Shown piece by piece: positions 23,550 to 29,676 of a stretch of 29,676 nucleotides of DNA (positions are counted from its first letter, which is position 1; each line of letters starts with the position of its first letter). The notes below the pieces were generated by a model. It had not been told where the DNA came from. It made no database searches and worked only from the letters and a program-made list of their open reading frames with translations. Source of the DNA: Fibrobacteres bacterium CG2_30_45_31 (GTDB lineage Bacteria; Fibrobacterota; Fibrobacteria; Fibrobacterales; Fibrobacteraceae); the NCBI GenBank assembly GCA_001873075.1, contig MNYL01000046.1, forward strand, positions 1 through 29,676, given 5' to 3'. The translations under genes were made by a program, and so were the position numbers.

Positions 23550-24017
23550 CTAACATGTTTCTCTTGGCGAAGCAACGGAGGGACGTGCATTCCCTGTACT
23601 GTCCTGCCAAATATTTGCTCCTTCAATAGCGGATGCAATTGAGTCTAAATTCCATGCCACCAAAGCATCACCGTAATCATTTAGCGCGTTAGGGACGTCG
23701 GAGTCAGTTGCTCCTCGTAAATAAACACCTATTATGCGTTTCGTTCCACTCTTGGCAGCATATTCAAGCTCCCAATTAACCCAATCCCGCTTCGCTGTTT
23801 TAGGGCTTATAAGGACCACAATTTTTCCAGCCCATTCTATCTGCCTTCGAAGAAGCGATTTTATGTAGTCTTCATTATTGGCATTGTTCGGCTCGCTTTC
23901 TACAATAGAGCTGTCGCGTATATCATAGTCTTGTCTTGATAGCAATTCTTTGAATTTTGGAATAGCATCCTCATCGCCTCCATAATGGGAAATAAATAGA
24001 TTAATTTTCTGACTCAT
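23550..24017 (-). CDS. TIR-like protein (DUF1863/ThsB-like fold), translationally coupled to the TS homologue
   Basis: 'INLFISHYGGDEDAIPKFKELL' and 'KIVVLISPKTAKRDWVNWELEYAAKSGTKRIIGVYL' match the DUF1863 pattern. Its ATG overlaps the stop of the upstream gene (ATGA at 24014-24017). Confidence 0.7.
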   Translation of the reverse strand: MSQKINLFISHYGGDEDAIPKFKELLSRQDYDIRDSSIVESEPNNANNEDYIKSLLRRQIEWAGKIVVLISPKTAKRDWVNWELEYAAKSGTKRIIGVYLRGATDSDVPNALNDYGDALVAWNLDSIASAIEGANIWQDSTGNARPSVASPRETC

Positions 24018-25024
24018 AATGTTTTCGCTCCTTTTTTATAAAATGCATCCCATCTATTCCAAATCTCCAAGTACAATGGGTTTGTGCAACGACTCAAGAT
24101 ATCTTCTTTTAAGCGAAGATATTCTTTTTTCCTTGCCACATATGCCGAAATAATGAGCATAATGTTGTTGTAGGCTTGGCTTTCTGAGTCAAGGCTGGAA
24201 ATCGTTTCTAAATGAGTTTCATCTGGATCTTCAGTGACAATACGTTTCATTCTCTTATAAATTTTTTCAACAACAGAGTCAAAATAACATTTAGAAACAG
24301 ACAAAGAATCGGTATTTTTACTGAACTTATTAGAATAAATTTTCATATTGTCAAAATCGTTCTCATATAGATGTAAACTGTCGCTATAATGAGCATAAGT
24401 GCCGACTTCAAGTCCCAACCATCCAGCGAGTATCTCCTGCATACTTGTAAATTGTACAAAATTATAAGGAAGGCCTCTAAAGGCATCGTTGCTCCGCATG
24501 ATTTGAGTCCACTCCAATCTGTGTTCCCGGACTTTTAATAAAGAACAAATGTTACACGGAATATCTGCACTATTAGGCACCCCGGTGTCTTTTGGCAAAT
24601 CTTTCTCTGGATCCCATATCAATATTACCATTTGTCGTGATTCCGGCTTGTTATGTAAAATATTAAAGGCTTTCTCTAATTGATCCATTCCGAAATTATG
24701 ACGAATTCTATGGCCATAGGCGCCATGATAATGCACATCATTTCCTGAATATTTATATAAATTCGGATTCCAATAGTTAACTATTTCTGCAATATCACTG
24801 CCACTTAAAATCCAGATCAATTCGGCTAAGGCATAAGAGATGCTCATTGGCGGCATTCTATTGGAAACCCATTTTTCTTTTGGATTTTCAATTGAGAATA
24901 AGACATGTAGAAACTCATATGTACTGCCGGAACGACTAGGTACTTTCTTATTCAACGCTTTTAAGCGTTCTGCAGCCGACATCCATACCTCATTTGCCGT
25001 TTCCCCAGAACACAATATTGCCAT
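24014..25024 (-). CDS. Thymidylate-synthase-fold enzyme (ThyA / dUMP hydroxymethylase-like)
   Basis: 'DIPCNICSLLKV' aligns with ThyA 'PPCHAFFQFYV' (catalytic Cys at nt 24554-24556). 'QIMRSNDAFRGLPYNFVQFTSMQEILAGWLGLEVGTYAHYSDSLHLYEN' aligns with E. coli '[50 protein letters not shown]'. 'YGHRIR' aligns with 'YG.QWR'. Confidence 0.8.
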   Translation of the reverse strand: MAILCSGETANEVWMSAAERLKALNKKVPSRSGSTYEFLHVLFSIENPKEKWVSNRMPPMSISYALAELIWILSGSDIAEIVNYWNPNLYKYSGNDVHYHGAYGHRIRHNFGMDQLEKAFNILHNKPESRQMVILIWDPEKDLPKDTGVPNSADIPCNICSLLKVREHRLEWTQIMRSNDAFRGLPYNFVQFTSMQEILAGWLGLEVGTYAHYSDSLHLYENDFDNMKIYSNKFSKNTDSLSVSKCYFDSVVEKIYKRMKRIVTEDPDETHLETISSLDSESQAYNNIMLIISAYVARKKEYLRLKEDILSRCTNPLYLEIWNRWDAFYKKGAKTL

Positions 25025-25028
25025 TTTC

Positions 25029-26690
25029 TTACTCCTTTATTAAATCATTTATGCCCCATTTAGGAGGATAAAAATATGAGATCGGTCCCTGGAGGCTGGG
25101 CCTGAACTGTTGCTTTATTCTTTTCCTTCCATGACTGGGCGATTCCTCCGGATATGCAACTCTGGAATATTTGTCTATTTCACAAAACAGATTCTGGCAG
25201 TCAATTAACTGCAAAGGCCGACCCCATAATGTTTGAAATTTCAATCCACGTGAATCAAATTCTTTTTCCTGTGAAGCAGACATATATCGAACAATATCTT
25301 CTTCAGGACAGCGGCAAGAATGATTAAAACACTTCTGTATCCCTTGATGCGCTCCGGGGCCGACAACGACAAAAGACATCTCGTCAAAATTGCACAATTG
25401 GCTATAATTTATATCGATGGCATACTGAAAGGCTAAAAATTTTCCAATGGTCGGATATGAAAGCAATATTTCATAAAGATCCTTCAGTGTTTTTGCCGCA
25501 CCTATCTTACCTGAAATTTTATCCTTCATCATATATTCCATGAGTTTCAAATTATTCTGGTGTTTTCTTTTAAATCCAAAAGCACTCCCTCCTGAAGGCA
25601 TGATATAAGCGGCTGAATATATTTTTTCCTTCTTGAGCAGCATTGATGTCAATATTTTATCATATTCCGCATAATTGTAATTTTTAAATGATATTTCGCT
25701 TAAATTTCTTTCCAGTTCGCACCACGTATCAATGCGATTAAACATTTTAAACAGGATAATTCTAAAAAACATATCTTCCGGAGTAAAATCATTCTCACTT
25801 TTGTATATGGCATTCTTAATTAAAAACTGGCTGACCCTGTCTGAAGCTCTATAGGCATTCGTAAATTTGTACTTCTGTAAAATTTTATCATCAGTCCAAG
25901 GAAAAGGTGCCCCTTGAAGCCGTGCAAAAAAGATTTGTTGCCGTTCAAAGGCAAATTTCCAATAAGCATCATATATCACTGATGGTTTAAAAATGATTCT
26001 GTTTATATAAACTGCCTTTTGAGCAAGCTTTTGATCCAATCCATTTTCTCTTAAAGACAGGGGCAAGGGATCGATTTGTCCACATTCATTTAAAATGATT
26101 TTCAATGCGATGGATACGGCTTGAGCCAACGCTTTATTATTATTTATAATCGTCAATTTCTTTTTGATTTCCGACTTTTGTGATAACTCTTGATAGCATT
26201 TCAAAATCATTTGTGTTTTTTCTGGAGTATAATCGCTAATGATACTGGCCCTTTTTATCCAAAAATATCCGGATACCTGTAACCCTTTCATGATGGCTTT
26301 TTCTGGAGAGACAATATCTTTCACGACCGATCTACTTATTCCTTCCGCAATACCATATACATATGTGGATAGCCATGATCGATCCAAAAGAACAATCTTT
26401 CCCGCCCGCATGTCTGGGATAATATGTCTATAGATATTTTCTATATGCGCCGCAATATGCAATATTTGCAGACTTACTGGATTGATCGGGTTGTTGAAAT
26501 AATTCTTCTGATGGTGATGAATATCATAAACAAGAGCGCCTAATGTTTGGGGTTCTCGACCAGGAAAACTATAAGAAGAGCACGGAAGACCATAATTTTT
26601 TAATTTATCCACCAATTCTGAAACAATGGTTGTTTTCCCTACATGATCTATCCCTTCAAAAACAAACAATTTTCCCTGCATGCTTTCCAT
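25029..26690 (-). CDS. Fusion of a Tmk-like dNMP kinase with a 5-hmdU-DNA-kinase-helical / aGPT-Pplase-type domain
   Basis: Start at Met18 (26690; AGGGAAA upstream). P-loop 'LFVFEGIDHVGKTT' and 'IVLLDRSWLSTYVYG' (the DRY/S motif of thymidylate kinases). C-terminal about 320 aa contain 'FERQQIFFARLQGAPFPWTDDKILQKYKFTNAYRASDRVSQFL'. I recall that block from the helical domain of 5-hmdU DNA kinases and alpha-glutamyl/putrescinyl-thymine pyrophosphorylases. That part of the assignment is from memory. Confidence 0.65.
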   Translation of the reverse strand: MESMQGKLFVFEGIDHVGKTTIVSELVDKLKNYGLPCSSYSFPGREPQTLGALVYDIHHHQKNYFNNPINPVSLQILHIAAHIENIYRHIIPDMRAGKIVLLDRSWLSTYVYGIAEGISRSVVKDIVSPEKAIMKGLQVSGYFWIKRASIISDYTPEKTQMILKCYQELSQKSEIKKKLTIINNNKALAQAVSIALKIILNECGQIDPLPLSLRENGLDQKLAQKAVYINRIIFKPSVIYDAYWKFAFERQQIFFARLQGAPFPWTDDKILQKYKFTNAYRASDRVSQFLIKNAIYKSENDFTPEDMFFRIILFKMFNRIDTWCELERNLSEISFKNYNYAEYDKILTSMLLKKEKIYSAAYIMPSGGSAFGFKRKHQNNLKLMEYMMKDKISGKIGAAKTLKDLYEILLSYPTIGKFLAFQYAIDINYSQLCNFDEMSFVVVGPGAHQGIQKCFNHSCRCPEEDIVRYMSASQEKEFDSRGLKFQTLWGRPLQLIDCQNLFCEIDKYSRVAYPEESPSHGRKRIKQQFRPSLQGPISYFYPPKWGINDLIKE

Positions 26691-26899
26691 ATACGTTTCC
26701 CTAATCGCCTTCACAAATTCGCAGTGAGCTCCCTGTAGCATCCAAATGTATCTATAATATAACTTCTAAAAAGACTTTTATTGCCACCGAAATGTGCCAT
26801 AAATTCAAATCTTTTCAAAGAAAAATTTACACCCATCCATTTGTGATACTTCAGCCGTTTATATATCCCCAAAAGGCTTTTTGAAAACATAGAGGTGCT

Positions 26900-27076
26900 A
26901 TGGATTTCTTTGACTTTGACGATATTTTTGAAAAATATGATCCTTTCATTTATTCGGATTGGTTTGAACGACAGAATATTTCTGATATGCTTAGAAGGGC
27001 TGCGGATTGGATTCCACTTCATAGGGAACTTCTGAATGCATTTTATGATGACTGGATAAATGAACAAAAGGAATGA
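26900..27076 (+). CDS. Possible small acidic protein (58 aa), below the ORF-track cutoff
   Basis: ATG at 26900 with AGAGG 4 nt upstream. Product MDFFDFDDIFEKYDPFIYSDWFERQNISDMLRRAADWIPLHRELLNAFYDDWINEQKE has a protein-like helical composition. It lies antisense to the compositionally odd 130-aa ORF 26711-27103. Confidence 0.3.
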   Translation: MDFFDFDDIFEKYDPFIYSDWFERQNISDMLRRAADWIPLHRELLNAFYDDWINEQKE

Positions 27077-27330
27077 AGACCCTATTATTCTAGACCAGTT
27101 CATAATCTTCTCATATCACGACAGAAAGGAACTCGCTAGACTGCAAAAAGAACACAGGGACAATAATGACGAAGATAGGACACATGGAAAATGAAAGGAA
27201 AAAGAAGACAAAAGTGATTTTCTTTTTGTAGGAATCAAAGCATAAGAAAGAATGGGAAGAGTGAGCTGGGCGAAAAAAGAGTAATCAGAATAACAACAAT
27301 GAAAAAACGCATAGCCCACTCCACCTGAAC

Positions 27331-27828
27331 TTATTCCTGAATTTCGATTCTTTTCAAAAAAGTTCTTTTGTTTCCTAGTGGGAAATCTTCTGCTCGTAAT
27401 TTGCCGTAATAGACAAGATTGAAATAGTTTCTGCTGCCAATGGCGCAGATCCACGATGACTCAAATACTTCATCTTCTGTTTTGTCCCCTATGCATTCAT
27501 CTGGAATTATTTGTTTGACGGCTGGGTCCAACTCATCTTCAGGCTCCCCAAAATAACCGAGGGCCTTAGAAAGTTTCTGTAACTTTCCATAGTCCCAATA
27601 GATATGATCAAAATAGAGGGGTGATTCGTAATAGGCAAGCAGGACATCATGCAACATCTTTCCGAAGTCTTCCCTTAGCCCCAAAATAATGGGTCTTTCG
27701 ACAGAAGGTCTGTCGTCTTTCAGTACCAGAATGGATGGCTGATTCTCGTATTCAATGATTGATAAACAGATTTCGAAATGATTGCGACTGAATGCAATCA
27801 GGGTTGTCTCGGGGGAAATAGTGTTCAT
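27331..27828 (-). CDS. Hypothetical protein (165 aa), no recognised family
   Basis: Start at the second ATG (27828). The AAGAGAGAG SD and the sequence from this Met onward are conserved in the decayed paralogue at 1511-1611, whereas the frame of the first ATG is not. Acidic protein ending 'KRIEIQE'. Confidence 0.55.
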   Translation of the reverse strand: MNTISPETTLIAFSRNHFEICLSIIEYENQPSILVLKDDRPSVERPIILGLREDFGKMLHDVLLAYYESPLYFDHIYWDYGKLQKLSKALGYFGEPEDELDPAVKQIIPDECIGDKTEDEVFESSWICAIGSRNYFNLVYYGKLRAEDFPLGNKRTFLKRIEIQE

Positions 27829-28077
27829 TATAAACTCTCTCTTTCCCATTGTTTATAATATTCCACCTCAAAAAAAATTAGTTAAAGACGCACGAAAAGC
27901 ATTGGCGGAATAGACAAAGTGATGTTTTAACTTTCACAGAAAGCCAATTATGAACGAAGGTAATTTTTCAGAAAAATTCTGGAATAAGAAACTTTTCGTT
28001 AAAAAATTGGGGGTAGGGAAATATGCCGACGAATTAGTCTTATCTATGATTCTTAACATTCATCTTTAGTTCCAACA

Positions 28078-28110
28078 TTTTCTGAATTTTCTGAATTTTC
28101 TGAATTTCTG
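28078..28110. repeat. Tandem repeat, 9-nt unit TTTTCTGAA x 3.6
   Basis: Direct reading gives TTTTCTGAA at 28078-86, 28087-95 and 28096-104, then TTTCTG. It lies 47 nt downstream of the abiEii stop. Confidence 0.9.
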
Positions 28111-28156
28111 TGATTAATGCGGTTTCATTAGGTAACTGCATCTTGTATTCTGAAGC

Positions 28157-29080
28157 CTACAAAGTCCATCCCTTCGATGGAATCCAGTGCGTAAATGGGA
28201 ATGATTCCTGTTCTGATACCAAATTCAATACTGGTAGAATAAATTGTGCAATTTCACTAATGGCATCCTGTAAAGATCCCACTGTTTCCAAGGGCTTGGA
28301 CTTTTTCACAAAACCATGCCATTGACTTTGCTTCGATAAATCAGACCAAAACTCTTCCGTCAATGCAATTGGGGGCTTAGTGGGAAAACTTGTTTTGCGC
28401 CGTTCAAAAGTACTTTTGATTGCGTCAGAAAATTGTGTTTGTTCAAATTCAAACATGCGGGATAAAAGACAAAGATCATAAAAATCTTTCATGCGACTAT
28501 TCGCGATGCCGAGCTTAACCATTGCTTCTATCTTTTCTGCGGCAAGTGTATAATGCGAATAACCCCTGATGTGAGCTTTTGGAAAATCAAGAATGGATGG
28601 GAAATCAATAAATTCAGCTTTAGGCACAACGGCATCACCAAAGCCAATATCAATCTGAATGGGGATGCGAGCCTTTCCAAGCATACCAACCATAGTGATC
28701 CGTACACCATTATATTCCTGCCATTCTTTTATTGGTTCTACTTTCAAAGAACTGATTTGAAACTGAACGCCATCATCCTCATAAGGATCTGAAATCACTT
28801 CGGCAAAAACAGTATGGAGTCGTTCAATGCTGGGATCACCAAAGCCAAGAAGATCAACGTCCTTTGTGACTCGGAAGTTTTGTCCTTTCCAAACCAGGAA
28901 CATGCTTGCACCTTTAAGAATGAACTGATTCACATACTTGGATTGACTCAAGCGGTAAAGTAACCGTTCCAATCCATACCTCGTCAGCAGCAATTCAAAA
29001 TCTGCTCCAAGTTCCTTTGATTTACGCGTAAGCTGTACACGAACAAAATGAGCAGCATTGGGTTGGGTGGGTGTACTCAA
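28157..29080 (-). CDS. abiEii: AbiEii/AbiGii-family nucleotidyltransferase toxin (DUF1814)
   Basis: 'ELLLTRYGLERLLYRLSQS...FILKGASMFLVW', 'TKDVDLLGFGD' and 'IPIQIDIGFGDAVVP' match DUF1814. TTG start overlaps the abiEi stop (TTGA, 29077-29080). Confidence 0.85.
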   Translation of the reverse strand: MSTPTQPNAAHFVRVQLTRKSKELGADFELLLTRYGLERLLYRLSQSKYVNQFILKGASMFLVWKGQNFRVTKDVDLLGFGDPSIERLHTVFAEVISDPYEDDGVQFQISSLKVEPIKEWQEYNGVRITMVGMLGKARIPIQIDIGFGDAVVPKAEFIDFPSILDFPKAHIRGYSHYTLAAEKIEAMVKLGIANSRMKDFYDLCLLSRMFEFEQTQFSDAIKSTFERRKTSFPTKPPIALTEEFWSDLSKQSQWHGFVKKSKPLETVGSLQDAISEIAQFILPVLNLVSEQESFPFTHWIPSKGWTL

Positions 29081-29676
29081 ACGATAGCCTCCATATAGGG
29101 TTTCATGACTTTCAGAACTCTACAAACTTTTGCCGCATCAGTGATTTCGTCCATGGTGGCTTGTTTATTTTTCCATACTTCACGCAAGGCTTCAATTGCC
29201 ACGTCAAGGCCAACCTTGCTTCGGAATTTAAAACAATCAGCAACCGTTCTTGCCGGAGAATAAATCTGGAAACGGAAAGGCCCCACAAGATGCTCTTGCC
29301 TTCCAACGGAATACGTTTTTGGATCTACAATGGTGTAGTTGATGGGAGGATACTGTACTTTGATTTTTCTCCTACCTCGGGGAAGGGTGATCCACACTTC
29401 GTGAGGAAGTTGCGTAGTTATTCCATAAACGCTCAGAGCAGACAGCAGAGAAACAGTACATTCACCCACTTGGCGAACCGCCTCAATAATGGAACTGTGC
29501 TCTATGGCGTAAAACCCATCCTTATCAATAAACAATCCCTTCGCTGATTTTTCTAAAAACCCCTGAGCATAGAGCTTATAGAGGTATCTTCTAGAAACGC
29601 CAAGACTTTCTGCCTCCGCCACTGAGATAAACCCATTTTGCTTAATTTGCTCTAGAATAGTCTCTTTTTTATTCAT
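29077..29676 (-). CDS. abiEi: AbiEi-family antitoxin / transcriptional regulator (type IV TA)
   Basis: N-terminal wHTH 'GFISVAEAESLGVSRRYLYKLYAQGFLEKSAKGLF' and C-terminal 'SPARTVADCFKFRSKVGLDVAIEALRE'. The start codon is the last triplet of the window, so the promoter/operator lies outside it. Confidence 0.85.
   Translation of the reverse strand: MNKKETILEQIKQNGFISVAEAESLGVSRRYLYKLYAQGFLEKSAKGLFIDKDGFYAIEHSSIIEAVRQVGECTVSLLSALSVYGITTQLPHEVWITLPRGRRKIKVQYPPINYTIVDPKTYSVGRQEHLVGPFRFQIYSPARTVADCFKFRSKVGLDVAIEALREVWKNKQATMDEITDAAKVCRVLKVMKPYMEAIV

Noticed and set aside
26711-27103. 130-aa minus-strand ORF upstream of the kinase fusion.
   Set aside because: Strongly basic K/I/F-rich composition, no motif and no convincing SD. 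It overlaps the 5' end of the kinase-fusion ORF and is antisense to a more protein-like small ORF. Probably non-coding.
27116-27454. 112-aa minus-strand ORF overlapping the 3' end of the 27331-27828 gene.
   Set aside because: S/L/F/C-rich low-complexity translation of a purine-rich tract. It overlaps a better-supported gene in another frame.
28078-28110. The tandem repeat considered as a CRISPR array.
   Set aside because: The 9-nt units are directly abutting with no spacers, and there are no cas genes. Not CRISPR.

Overview
29.7-kb mosaic accessory region from a bacterium that uses canonical Shine-Dalgarno sites. A FISUMP-type lipoprotein hints at a Fibrobacter/FCB-like host (low confidence). 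No rRNA, tRNA or CRISPR array was seen. All family calls below come from reading motifs by eye, not from searches, and domain coordinates come from residue counting, so they are approximate.

Left part (1-5.9 kb, minus strand): a FISUMP lipoprotein, an IS200-type tnpA interrupted by a 76-nt structured insert, a DJ-1/PfpI protein, an AGE-like barrel protein, and an IS3-type integrase remnant.

From 6.0 kb to the right edge the window is a dense conflict/defence island of four compositionally different modules:
(1) 6011-17961 (+): a multi-TM/Rossmann/RyR protein, then a tight three-gene operon. The operon encodes a SIR2-like-TIR protein, an effector-less STAND NTPase-TM-YD-repeat-PDZ protein, and a TIR-TM-double beta-propeller-TPR-PDZ protein. 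An IS66 transposase remnant follows on the right.
(2) 18799-22856 (+): a TIR-like/Zn-ribbon protein, a ThsB-like TIR protein and a TIR-TIR-SLOG protein. This is Thoeris-like, but the SLOG protein carries TIR instead of SIR2.
(3) 22907-26690 (-), very AT-rich: a Tmk-like kinase fused to a 5-hmdU-kinase/aGPT-Pplase-type domain, a dUMP-type thymidylate-synthase homologue, an ATGA-coupled TIR-like gene and an Nmad2-like gene. This is a phage-style thymine-hypermodification cassette with an embedded TIR.
(4) 28157-29676 (-): an AbiEi/AbiEii pair.

Six proteins carry seven TIR/TIR-like domains within about 15.6 kb.
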